In this document: positions 9,954 to 19,350 of the stretch, piece by piece
How the letters are laid out: each line of letters begins with the position of its first letter
How positions within the stretch are numbered: the stretch's first letter is position 1
Assembly: GCA_023269825.1 (NCBI GenBank)
Contig: JAGDWI010000001.1
Span: 56,492-120,491 of the forward strand
DNA length: 64,000 bases
Source of the DNA: Desulfurococcaceae archaeon
GTDB taxonomy: Archaea > Thermoproteota > Thermoprotei_A > Sulfolobales > Desulfurococcaceae
Direction of reading: 5' to 3'
Notes under the pieces: generated by a model
Databases searched by the model: none
Seen by the model: only the letters and a program-made list of their open reading frames with translations
Told to the model about the DNA's origin: nothing
Position numbers and translations under genes: made by a program

Positions 9954-10805
9954 GTGGTTGAATTGAAAAAGCTTGTTGAAGATGTATGTAAGAGAATTGA
10001 TGACTTACTGAATACTTTGAGAAACAGAGGGTTGAATTCTTCACTTGTTAGTTCAATAGTTGATCTCAAGAACAACATTATAAATGTAAGAGTTCCCACT
10101 ATACCGTCTCGCGCTCTCTGGGATAAGTACACGCATTTAATAATGCAAATCGAAGAAGCGAACAAAGTAGCGAGTACACCTGGTTACGAGCACATTATTC
10201 ACAATGTAATAGTGTCTTTGAGAGAGCAAATAATGGACTTTAAGAACACGCTGAGTAAATCTTATTTAACTGAGAGAGTACAGTTGGCTTTACCCCCTAT
10301 TCTCGGTGCTATTTATGCTTTGATAAGGGTTCTTGGAGAGAATGCGAGCGTATCATTCATTCTTCTACCAATTGCATTGATATCTGTGATTTTATCAGGC
10401 CTTAAAGCTATATATGGGCTTATAGGTTCAGGTGTACTTGGTTTAGTTTTCATCGTGGTTGGAGGAGATCTAGGCAGTGTTTTCACGGGAACATTATTGA
10501 TCGCTATAGCAGCCATATACATATACATATTATCAATAACGAGCACGAGAAAGTTTCAGAGCAGGGTTCAAAACGTTTTAGTCGGAATAAACAAAGTAAT
10601 TGATAACATGATGACTCCAAGCAACATCAATGTCGACGATGTATTAAGTAAAATAGTGGAAAACAGTGGCTATAACGTAGATGACTCGGGCTTATTTAAG
10701 TTTATTGATAGAAACGAGTTACTTCGTTACAAAGCCGTACTCTTAATCGCGCTTGGATTAGTCCCCAGGGCTTCTAGGCCTTTCAACAATATAAGTCAGA
10801 AATAA
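9954..10805 (+). CDS. Hypothetical membrane protein (helical N-terminal domain, about 3 TM helices, soluble C-terminal domain)
   Basis: 283-aa ORF with a GTG start. The hydrophobic block spans approximately residues 110-195 (LALPPILGAIYALI...LLIAIAAIYIYILSI). I recognise no motif. Confidence 0.5.
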   Translation: MVELKKLVEDVCKRIDDLLNTLRNRGLNSSLVSSIVDLKNNIINVRVPTIPSRALWDKYTHLIMQIEEANKVASTPGYEHIIHNVIVSLREQIMDFKNTLSKSYLTERVQLALPPILGAIYALIRVLGENASVSFILLPIALISVILSGLKAIYGLIGSGVLGLVFIVVGGDLGSVFTGTLLIAIAAIYIYILSITSTRKFQSRVQNVLVGINKVIDNMMTPSNINVDDVLSKIVENSGYNVDDSGLFKFIDRNELLRYKAVLLIALGLVPRASRPFNNISQK

Positions 10806-10849
10806 ACTATAAGTAATTAGCACTCTGTAAAAAATAGGAGGGAGCTATC

Positions 10850-11338
10850 ATGGGTGGTTTAAAGAAATCAAAGGAGGCATCAACTCAGACTGGGCAGGAG
10901 AAAGGTAAAGAGATAAGGATAGTCACAAAACCCGTGGTCACCGTAGCAGATATTATGAAGAATCAAAGGGCCATTAAACTACTGTACTTGATATCTCTTG
11001 CATCCAGTGGCATAAGTGAGAAAGCGCTCGCTCACTTAGTATACGGTATCGAGAAAAACACCAATTCTAAACTGGGATACAACTTCGTTGTGTTAGGCGA
11101 TACACCTGTTAGTAAGGAGTTGATCAATGAGCTTACATCACTTAAGTACACGGGGCTCGTCGAAGTTTCCTTAAAGAACAAGAAACTATACATAACTAGT
11201 CAAGGGAAAGAGGTCTTAGATAAATCGTTGAACACTATACAGGGTTCGATTGACGACTTAAAGAAAGCTTTCGAGGAAATTTGGCCGAAAATAGCCCCAA
11301 TAGATGTAGAGGCTAGTTTAAAAGCAGTGAAACGTTAA
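10850..11338 (+). CDS. Hypothetical protein with a Lys-rich N-terminal tail and a winged-helix-like / possibly SocA-Panacea(DUF4065)-like core
   Basis: KLLYLISLA...LGYNFVVLGDTPVSKELINELTSLKYTGLVE loosely resembles the KLLYL...GPV...L pattern of DUF4065. The assignment is weak. Confidence 0.45.
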   Translation: MGGLKKSKEASTQTGQEKGKEIRIVTKPVVTVADIMKNQRAIKLLYLISLASSGISEKALAHLVYGIEKNTNSKLGYNFVVLGDTPVSKELINELTSLKYTGLVEVSLKNKKLYITSQGKEVLDKSLNTIQGSIDDLKKAFEEIWPKIAPIDVEASLKAVKR

Positions 11339-11781
11339 ATGATCGGTGTTGGAGGCTGTCTTCTCGTTTCCTTTTCTTCCCTAGATATTCTCAAAGTGAA
11401 TAATGGGTTCACGGATTCAGAGCTCTCTAATTTCTTCAAGTGCTCAGCGAACTTTGATGTATGCTCTATATCTAACTCTATTAACTTATAGAATATTTCA
11501 CGTAGATTGCCCCATAATTCTACCAGGAGCTCTCTAGGCATATGTGTTGTGATCATGGGATCCTTTAACCAGTTATCAAAAGCCTCTATGGTTTTCTCCA
11601 TGTGCTGAAATGCGAGCCTAGATAAAGTTATCAATGTTAATCTATCTGCCTCCGCGTAGTTTTCTTCGGCTTTCATGAATAATTCTTTTATTTCTTTCTG
11701 CCTCTTCACCCACACTTCTAGATTATCATAAAATGAACTCATATTTCTTAACCCCTTGTCTAAAAAAGAGTTAAACGCCAC
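11335..11781 (-). CDS. Hypothetical all-helical protein
   Basis: 148-aa ORF whose stop overlaps the stop of the convergent gene by 4 nt. I recognise no motif. The start may be M14 (MSSFYDN). Confidence 0.45.
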   Translation of the reverse strand: MAFNSFLDKGLRNMSSFYDNLEVWVKRQKEIKELFMKAEENYAEADRLTLITLSRLAFQHMEKTIEAFDNWLKDPMITTHMPRELLVELWGNLREIFYKLIELDIEHTSKFAEHLKKLESSESVNPLFTLRISREEKETRRQPPTPII

Positions 11782-11977
11782 TTTATACTTTATGGTTTAA
11801 TTAAAATCCAACCAGAATCTTGAACGTAGTTGTTAAACATAGAGTGATATTATCAATAAAAATTCTCACTAGGTCTTACTAGGTAGTTGACAAGCCTCAT
11901 TGAGGGAAATAATGTTAGGAATAATAACAATGAAAACTCATAGAATAAACTGGTGTTAAACAAGGGTGTAATTTGTT

Positions 11978-12985
11978 TTGCATGAGATACGTTGGAACCC
12001 ACTAATAAAACAGTGGGTAATAGTTGCTGCTCATAGAGCGGTGAGACCGTGGAGACCAGATGAAAAACAAGAAAGATTCATGTGTCCTTTTTGCCCTGGA
12101 GCACCGGAATTAAGGGACCTTGATAAATGGGATGTAGTTGTCTTACCGAATAAGTACCCTGCATTAATATCGAATCCTCCCCCAGTAGAATTGGAAAAAA
12201 TGAGTTTACTGCTTAAAAGAGAAGCACGTGGAGGAGCTGAAGTAGTTGTTGAAACCCCTGAACACCAGGGAGATTTATGTACTTTAACACTTGACCACGC
12301 GAAGAAAGTAGTTGAGGCATATAAAAACGAAGTAGAGAAACTATCGAAGGCCGAGTACGTGGAATATGTGGCTGTTTTCAGAAATAAAGGAAAAGAAATT
12401 GGCGTATCGTTAACACATCCTCACTCGCAAATATATGCTTTACCCTTTATACCACCGAGAATTAAAGCGGAGATTGATGCCATGGAAGAGTATAGGAGGA
12501 AGAATGGAACATGCATGATATGCGATGTTTCAAGATATGAAATCGAAGAAGGTAAGAGAATTATATACATTAACGATGAATTCGTATCGTTGATTCCATT
12601 TTACGCTATGTGGCCTTACGAGATTCACATTTATCCAATAAAACACGTTAGGTCTCTTAGAGAACTCAGTGATAAGCAAGTATTGTACTTAGCAGACGCT
12701 CTCCGCGTAGTAACAGCTACTTATAATTCACTATTGGAGCGCGATGCTCCATACATTATGGTTCTTCATGATCACCCAGTGAAAGGTGACTATGAGTATC
12801 ATTTTCACGTCGAGTTCTACCAGCCGTACCGAGATAAAGAGAAACTAAAGTACGCTGCTGGAATAGAGTGGGGTTATTGGGTTTTCACATATGATGGCGT
12901 ACCTGAAGAAAGAGCTCTTGAATTAAGGAAAGCATGTAGGGAGGCCCTTCCATCCCTGGGAGAAGTATTAGGTAGGTGTTTATAG
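11978..12985 (+). CDS. galT: Galactose-1-phosphate uridylyltransferase (HIT superfamily, class I)
   Basis: Zinc motif CPFCPG and active-site HPHSQIY (HxH). Followed 1 nt later by the galactokinase gene. Confidence 0.9.
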   Translation: MHEIRWNPLIKQWVIVAAHRAVRPWRPDEKQERFMCPFCPGAPELRDLDKWDVVVLPNKYPALISNPPPVELEKMSLLLKREARGGAEVVVETPEHQGDLCTLTLDHAKKVVEAYKNEVEKLSKAEYVEYVAVFRNKGKEIGVSLTHPHSQIYALPFIPPRIKAEIDAMEEYRRKNGTCMICDVSRYEIEEGKRIIYINDEFVSLIPFYAMWPYEIHIYPIKHVRSLRELSDKQVLYLADALRVVTATYNSLLERDAPYIMVLHDHPVKGDYEYHFHVEFYQPYRDKEKLKYAAGIEWGYWVFTYDGVPEERALELRKACREALPSLGEVLGRCL

Positions 12986-12986
12986 G

Positions 12987-14264
12987 ATGAAGGTTGTTGA
13001 GTCTTTAATAAAATTATTCAAGGAGAAATTTAACAGTGAGCCAGAAGTAGTGGCTTCTGCTCCTGGTAGATTGGACTTCTTAAATACTCATCAGGACTAC
13101 AAGGGTTTACCCGTTGTCTCAGTCGCTATCAATAAGAGGACATATATAGCTGTTTCAGCAACATCTAATCACACGAGAGTAGTATCCGTTAATTTATGCC
13201 GGGAGAATTTACCATGCGTTGACACATTCGACTCACGTAATCCGGCTTTGCTTGGAGGAGGATGGTTTGGAGACTACGTAAGATCGGTTTTAATAACGTT
13301 TAAAGATCATGGTTTAAACCCTAGGAATTTCAACATGTTAATCTATAGCGATATACCCATAGCTTCTGGACTAGCGAGTAGTGCAGCTCTCCAGGTATCA
13401 GCAATTAAAGCTCTTTCAGAGCTCTTCGGGGTTAAACTCGAACCTCATGAAATAGCTGAGTTAGCTTATAGAAGTGAACACGATGTAATGGGTATACCTT
13501 GCGGGAGGCTTGATCAGTATGGATCCGCTATGGGGGGTGTGAGTTTCATTGAGACAAAACCGCCGTATAAGACGAGAACATTCATGACTACCATGTTTGA
13601 CTTAGTGGCTGTGAACTCAGGAATTAAGCACTCTACCGGTATGATTCATCCTGTTAGAATAAGAGAACTATCTCAAGGTATACGTGAGTTGATGTTAAAC
13701 CCTCACCTACCTAGTAAGTTAAGGTCTCTGCTAAGCGAAGACGTTTACGAAACCAAATGGAGTCAACTAAACTTAGATGAGCTTGATCCATTTCTACGCG
13801 AATTGAACCCGGTGTCGAGAAAAAGAATACTGTTCACATTGAAAATGCATGAGTCCACGATGTTAGCAATAGACCTAATTGAAAACCCTTCTAATAGGGT
13901 AGTGACGCGTGTTGAGGACTTCTTAGTGAAAGAATGCGTATCATGCTTAGAGGAAGCATCTAAAACAGATAATAATATCCTCAGAGCTATTGGAGGTATA
14001 ATTAATTACCAGCACATTCTCCTAAGAGACCTATATGATGTGAGTACAAATGAATTGGAGGAGATAAGGAGAAAAGCATTAACGGCTGGAGGGGTTGGAG
14101 TGAAAATTTCCGGTGCAGGATTAGGAGGAGCAATGCTTGTATTAGTAGAGAATAGAGAGACTGCCATAAAAGTAGTAAAGGAGATCGAAGGCTTATCCGC
14201 AGGAGCATGGCCCGTGGAAGTAGATGAAGGCGTTCGCCTAGAAAAATCTAAGTCAATTGATTAG
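12987..14264 (+). CDS. galK: Galactokinase (GHMP kinase family)
   Basis: SAPGRLDFLNTHQDY (galactokinase signature variant), GHMP motif PIASGLASSAAL, and C-terminal GAGLGGAM. Confidence 0.85.
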   Translation: MKVVESLIKLFKEKFNSEPEVVASAPGRLDFLNTHQDYKGLPVVSVAINKRTYIAVSATSNHTRVVSVNLCRENLPCVDTFDSRNPALLGGGWFGDYVRSVLITFKDHGLNPRNFNMLIYSDIPIASGLASSAALQVSAIKALSELFGVKLEPHEIAELAYRSEHDVMGIPCGRLDQYGSAMGGVSFIETKPPYKTRTFMTTMFDLVAVNSGIKHSTGMIHPVRIRELSQGIRELMLNPHLPSKLRSLLSEDVYETKWSQLNLDELDPFLRELNPVSRKRILFTLKMHESTMLAIDLIENPSNRVVTRVEDFLVKECVSCLEEASKTDNNILRAIGGIINYQHILLRDLYDVSTNELEEIRRKALTAGGVGVKISGAGLGGAMLVLVENRETAIKVVKEIEGLSAGAWPVEVDEGVRLEKSKSID

Positions 14265-14686
14265 CGGTGGTTTTTAGTTCTCTCATACAGTGTTCCATTA
14301 AGTCCCCCAATAGTGATTTAGTGTTCTAGAAGACGGTAACTAGAGCAATACGCATGGAACCTGTATGAGACCAATTAATTAATAAGTTGTAAAGCAGTCT
14401 GAAACCTGGATCCGCATTGACTTAATATTGTCTCGTTTTATTGTGATTCCCGGAGATACTTCCCCTGCTCATGTAGAGAACTCTTGATATAATCGTTTGC
14501 GTGTTTGTGGAGGCAACAACGCGAGTACTGTTCCGAGAGCATTGAATGCGATGACCATTGCGATACTTTCATAGGTTTCTCGTAGAATAACGGGTAACCT
14601 CAATTTACTGTGAGGAGGACTAGTTAATTTTTATTAATGGGAAATAATACTCTAAAAATTAACTGGAAGAACCTGTATTGTAGTAA

Positions 14687-15433
14687 ATGGTTCAAAAAAT
14701 GAAAATCAATAACGGGCACAATAGTACAGTGCTCTACATAGGCGTAGACGAAGCAGGGAGAGGGCCTCTAATAGGAGACATGGTTGTAGCAGGTGTATTA
14801 TCGGCTGGTAGTAAATTAAAAGAGCTGGAAAAAGAGGGATTAGTTGAAAGCAAACAATTAAATGCCGAGGCCCGAGCCTCATTCTATAGAAAAGCAATTA
14901 AATACGGTATCGTAGTGATAGCAGTTTATGTATCTCCCTGGAGAATCGATAACGAGAATTTAAATAAGTTGGAGGAAGAGCAAATAAAGTGGATTTTGAA
15001 AGTGTTCTCCAAGATAGTTCCTGGTGTAAGAGTAGATGAAATCAAAGTATTCATCGACGAAGTCAAAGGTAGTGCTCGAAAAATAGAGTCAGCTGCTAGA
15101 GAATTATTTAGTAAATACAAATTAGTGTTCAAAATGGAGCCAGAAGCTGATGATAAATATTCACCTGTAGCTTTGGCGAGTATCTTCGCGAAAGTGATGA
15201 GGGATCGTAATCTAGATGTTTTAAGGAAACTATACGGTGATTTTGGTTCAGGCTACTCAGCGGATCCAATTACTGTTAACTGGGTTAAAATGAACTATAG
15301 ACCAAGCATTAAACCCCCCTTATTTATTAGAAGGAGTTGGAGGAACTTGAAAGACATAGCGCCAGAATGGTACGTGGAGAAAAAAGTAGAGATCAAGAAG
15401 CATCGTAGTCTGCTTGATTTCACTAAACGGTGA
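14687..15433 (+). CDS. rnhB: Ribonuclease HII
   Basis: GVDEAGRGPLIGDMVVAG and ADDKYSPVALASIFAKV are typical RNase HII motifs. Confidence 0.9.
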   Translation: MVQKMKINNGHNSTVLYIGVDEAGRGPLIGDMVVAGVLSAGSKLKELEKEGLVESKQLNAEARASFYRKAIKYGIVVIAVYVSPWRIDNENLNKLEEEQIKWILKVFSKIVPGVRVDEIKVFIDEVKGSARKIESAARELFSKYKLVFKMEPEADDKYSPVALASIFAKVMRDRNLDVLRKLYGDFGSGYSADPITVNWVKMNYRPSIKPPLFIRRSWRNLKDIAPEWYVEKKVEIKKHRSLLDFTKR

Positions 15434-15437
15434 AAAA

Positions 15438-16598
15438 ATGCCAACTAATTTACCTGCTGAAGCTAAAGCAAAGTGGATCAAGGTGATGGAAGCTAGGAGC
15501 ATTGAGGAAAAAATAAAGGCAATTGAGGAATTCTTGTCAAGTGTTCCCAAACATAAGGGTACCGAGAGGCTGCGGGAATGGGCAACTAAGAGACTCGCTG
15601 AGCTCAGAGAAGAGCTCGAAGAGAGAAGAAAAAAGAAATCAGGGTCTAAAGTCTCCTTTTTCATCGAGAAAGAGGGTGATATACAGATAGTCGTTGTAGG
15701 CCCCCCGAATACAGGCAAAAGCTCAGTAGTTAAGAGATTAACGGGTGCTAGAACAATTATAGCAGAGTATCCTTTCTCGACTTTGACTCCTGTTCCAGGA
15801 ATGATGAAACATAATGATGTTTATTTTCAACTCATCGATACTCCCGCTCTTTCACAGGGGAGTCTACAAAGGAAAGTGATAGGTTTAATCAGGAATGCTG
15901 ATGGAGTACTAATTGTACTAGATGCAACCAGTGACTTTACCAAGGATCTTGAAACTTTAATAAGTATATTGAGGAGGGAGGGAATACTGCTAAGCAAACC
16001 GAAAGGGAGAGTAGTAATAGATGTTCAAAGAACAGGTAAAACAGGAATACGTGTAACATCTATGGGTAAAATCGTCGATGGAACAATAGAGGATGTAAGA
16101 AAACTGCTTGAAAGCTACAGGATCTTCAATGCCCACGTGAAAATATATGGAGAAGTAACATTGGATGATGTTGAACAATCCATCTTTGAAGCCACTGTTT
16201 ATAAACCTTCAGTAATTTTCATTAACAAAAACGATCTTAGAGCCCCGGCACCAAATGATATTGAGAAAATTAAACGAATGCTTCCAAGCACACCCGTGAT
16301 CGTAGGGTCCGCTGTAACTGGTTTAGGACTCGATAAAATCGCGCCAACTTTGTACGAGGTACTTGAAATAATAAGAGTGTATACGAAAGCACCAAATGCT
16401 CCTCCAGCTGAGAAACCCATAGTTCTGAGAAAAAATGCAACTGTTAGAGAAGTCGCTAAAAGCATTCACAGTGAATTTCTAGAGAACTTCCTATATGCAA
16501 GAGTGTGGGGTACATCAGTTAAATACCCAGGAGAAAGAGTCGGATTAGATCACGTGCTACATGATGGAGACATCGTGGAGATACATACTAAAGGTTAA
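15438..16598 (+). CDS. DRG/Obg-family GTPase with a C-terminal TGS domain
   Basis: G1 GPPNTGKSS, G3 DTPAL, G4 NKND, and a TGS-like C-terminus (DGDIVEIHT). I chose the ATG at 15438, which lies 4 nt after the rnhB stop. Confidence 0.85.
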   Translation: MPTNLPAEAKAKWIKVMEARSIEEKIKAIEEFLSSVPKHKGTERLREWATKRLAELREELEERRKKKSGSKVSFFIEKEGDIQIVVVGPPNTGKSSVVKRLTGARTIIAEYPFSTLTPVPGMMKHNDVYFQLIDTPALSQGSLQRKVIGLIRNADGVLIVLDATSDFTKDLETLISILRREGILLSKPKGRVVIDVQRTGKTGIRVTSMGKIVDGTIEDVRKLLESYRIFNAHVKIYGEVTLDDVEQSIFEATVYKPSVIFINKNDLRAPAPNDIEKIKRMLPSTPVIVGSAVTGLGLDKIAPTLYEVLEIIRVYTKAPNAPPAEKPIVLRKNATVREVAKSIHSEFLENFLYARVWGTSVKYPGERVGLDHVLHDGDIVEIHTKG

Positions 16599-16918
16599 CA
16601 ACTAATAATTTTCACTGGAGTAAACTTTATGAAATCCACGATTGCTCTTAAAACTCCATGTTCATCACACACGCATACAACGTCTGGTACAGCAACTTTG
16701 TATACTTTGAGAGCAAATTCCTCGGGATTTTTACCACTATAAACCATTAACCTACTACTTGATATCATGTTCAATAAATTATTGCGTGCAAGTATTTGAG
16801 CTGATTTATTATCCACTACTACCCAGAACTCATTATAATCTCTGAGAATATTCTGCAACCAATCAATATCCTTGCTTTTTCTAATGGAAGCTATTATTAC
16901 AATTCTCTCGTTTACCAT
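16595..16918 (-). CDS. Hypothetical small alpha/beta protein
   Basis: 107-aa ORF convergent with the GTPase gene, with a 4-nt overlap. No recognisable motif. Confidence 0.4.
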   Translation of the reverse strand: MVNERIVIIASIRKSKDIDWLQNILRDYNEFWVVVDNKSAQILARNNLLNMISSSRLMVYSGKNPEEFALKVYKVAVPDVVCVCDEHGVLRAIVDFIKFTPVKIISC

Positions 16919-17077
16919 TTAATTATCGCCTTCAGCTGAGTTATTGCACGTATAAAGAACAAACCTCAGATATAATTAGCTATTTAACATTATTAAATGT
17001 GGGAGTGTATTTAGAGATTAAAAACACTAATCATTAAACACGTTTAAATTTTTCCAAGTATATTAGATAAATGAACT

Positions 17078-17464
17078 GTGGGTGGCTGCTCATTGAGTTA
17101 CATTAATGAACTCGCTGATTACATGCGGACACAGGGTTATACTGTTGAGTTAAGTAATGGAGTGATTATTATTCCTCATGGATCTCTTCCTCTATATTTG
17201 AAAATAGAGCTCAAAAACAACTTTATTTACATGAGCATAAAACACATGGATGAATTCAAGGATGTATTGGAGGATTTGAAGGGAGCAGGCGAGGACGTCG
17301 AGGAAATAGTTGAAGACGCCATCAGCTATCTGAGTATTGCTTCTTTGAAGGCAAGGCAGTGGGCTGAAGACAAAGGTTTAATACCGGTATTCAAACTAAG
17401 AGATGGTAGCGTAGAAGTATATGAGATACTTGAAGAAGTCCTAGAAGAGGAAGAGGAGGAGTAA
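17078..17464 (+). CDS. Hypothetical small protein with a poly-acidic C-terminus
   Basis: 128-aa ORF ending ...EILEEVLEEEEEE. Its stop lies 1 nt before the phosphohexomutase start. Confidence 0.45.
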   Translation: MGGCSLSYINELADYMRTQGYTVELSNGVIIIPHGSLPLYLKIELKNNFIYMSIKHMDEFKDVLEDLKGAGEDVEEIVEDAISYLSIASLKARQWAEDKGLIPVFKLRDGSVEVYEILEEVLEEEEEE

Positions 17465-17465
17465 G

Positions 17466-18830
17466 TTGAGTAAGCTTTTTGGAACAGATGGAGTTAGAGG
17501 AATAGTGGGAAAAGAGCTAATTCCTCAGTTTATCACTAAGTTCGCTTTAGCTGTAGGAGCATTCTTCAATGAAGGAGCAAGGATCCTTGTCGGGATGGAT
17601 AATAGAGGCGGGAACGAAGCAATTAAGAGAATAATTGAGGGAACATTGATATTATCGGGACTCAAAGTATATGACGCAGGTTTAACACCTACTCCTGCAC
17701 TCCAATACGTTGTTAAAACAGAGGGCTTTGATGGAGGTATAATGATTACTGCTAGTCATAACCCACCGGAGTATAGTGGAATAAAAGTCATTGGTCCACA
17801 CGGCATAGAAGTAGACAGAGATGAAGAGAGGATCATAGAGAAGTATTTCTGGGAGGAAAAGTATAGAATAGTGTCGTGGAGAAGCGCAGCTGAAAAAGTA
17901 GTAAAATATCCATTCGTAAACGATTTATACATCGACTCCATCGTAAGTAAGGTAGACGTAGGTAAGATATCTAGAAGAGGATTCAAGGTTCTCGTTGACC
18001 CAGCAAACAATGTGGGTGCATTGACAACTCCGAAAATCCTGAAAAAACTCGGAGTGAAACCCATAGTTGTAAACGGTAACTTGGATGTTGAGCCAGCAAG
18101 ATACCCTGAACCTACTCCTGATAATTTGCTGGAAACAGCTAAACTGGTTCCACAATACGGTTGCACCCTTGGTATCGCTCACGATGGAGACGCGGATAGA
18201 GCTATACTCATAGATGAGAAAGGAAGAATACACTGGGGTGATCGCACGGCGGTTTTGCTGGCGAAACACCTCGTTGTAAACCGTGGGGAAAGAGGTAGAG
18301 TTTATACAGGGGTCTCATCGAGCACGATAATTGAGAATGTACTGAAACAATTAAACATAGAGGTAGTTTGGTTAAAGGTTGGAAGCGTTGACATAGCTCA
18401 CGCTATGAGAAAAGCCGGTGACGCTCTCTGCGGCTTTGAAGAAAACGGAGGATTCATGTATCCACCGCATCAGTATGTGAGAGATGGAGGAATAACTACG
18501 GCGCTGTTCTTAGAGTATCTCGCTACGGAGGCAAAGAACGCGTCTGAGTTATTCGATGAGCTACCATTCTATCATACAATTAAAACAAAGTACAAAATGA
18601 GTAGAGATTTAGCGTTAATTGTAGTTGAAAAAGTGAAGGAGGAATTTAGAAATGAGCGATTAATAACCATTGACGGCGTTAAAGTTATATCCAATGATTA
18701 CTGGCTACTTGTCAGGCCGAGTGGGACGGAGCCATTGTTGAGAGTGATGATCGAGGCTCGAGACGAAGAAGTAGCCAAGCAGTTACTAGAAAGAATAGAT
18801 AGATTAGTTAACGAGGTTGTGAACAAATGA
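17466..18830 (+). CDS. Phosphoglucosamine mutase / phosphomannomutase-phosphoglucomutase family enzyme
   Basis: Active-site loop TASHNPPEYSGIK, metal loop AHDGDADR and sugar loop GFEENGG. Confidence 0.85.
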   Translation: MSKLFGTDGVRGIVGKELIPQFITKFALAVGAFFNEGARILVGMDNRGGNEAIKRIIEGTLILSGLKVYDAGLTPTPALQYVVKTEGFDGGIMITASHNPPEYSGIKVIGPHGIEVDRDEERIIEKYFWEEKYRIVSWRSAAEKVVKYPFVNDLYIDSIVSKVDVGKISRRGFKVLVDPANNVGALTTPKILKKLGVKPIVVNGNLDVEPARYPEPTPDNLLETAKLVPQYGCTLGIAHDGDADRAILIDEKGRIHWGDRTAVLLAKHLVVNRGERGRVYTGVSSSTIIENVLKQLNIEVVWLKVGSVDIAHAMRKAGDALCGFEENGGFMYPPHQYVRDGGITTALFLEYLATEAKNASELFDELPFYHTIKTKYKMSRDLALIVVEKVKEEFRNERLITIDGVKVISNDYWLLVRPSGTEPLLRVMIEARDEEVAKQLLERIDRLVNEVVNK

Positions 18831-19237
18831 TGCGTTACTGGGGTCTAGATGTACTGAAATGCGTTCACTGTAAAAGTTTCCCACTGGAGATATTCGTCAT
18901 AGAGCAAGAGACTCAAAACGTTGATACAAAGGATGTTGAAACCCCGTTCTGCAAAGTTTACTGTGCATATCTACATGAGAATATACAGGAGGGTAAAGAG
19001 TATCCTTGCAGAGAATGTGTTAAAATAGCGATTAAAACGGCTGTATTATACTGTTATAATTGCAAACACTGGTACCCCGTAAGAAACGGCATAGTGGTAA
19101 TGTTAACTGACAATAGGAGGAAAACAGAAAAAGATCTGGATTTCTTAAGAACATATGCTGATAAAATACCTGAATTCATACTGAGAGAAGGTCAACCAGT
19201 AAATCTCACAGGGAGAAACCAGAATATTAAGCAATGA
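18827..19237 (+). CDS. Trm112-like zinc-ribbon protein (DUF343 family) with an insertion
   Basis: N-terminal LKCVHCKSFPLE and C-terminal CYNCKHWYPVRNGIVVML match the Trm112 fold signature. The start overlaps the upstream stop (ATGA). Confidence 0.55.
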   Translation: MMRYWGLDVLKCVHCKSFPLEIFVIEQETQNVDTKDVETPFCKVYCAYLHENIQEGKEYPCRECVKIAIKTAVLYCYNCKHWYPVRNGIVVMLTDNRRKTEKDLDFLRTYADKIPEFILREGQPVNLTGRNQNIKQ

Positions 19238-19350
19238 GTTAATAACTCACTTTCGAATCCTCCTCAACCCGCGATATGTTCGACTATTCTTTAGAAGATA
19301 AATTAAGCGATTCGAATAACTCTTAATGGTGAAATTAGAAGGGATCAATA

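Noticed and set aside
17930-17941. 12-nt identity (CATCGACTCCAT) between the mini-array spacer and the phosphohexomutase gene; considered as possible self-targeting.
   Set aside because: A 12-mer match from a 39-mer against 2 x 64 kb is expected by chance at roughly the 0.2 level. There is no extended complementarity.
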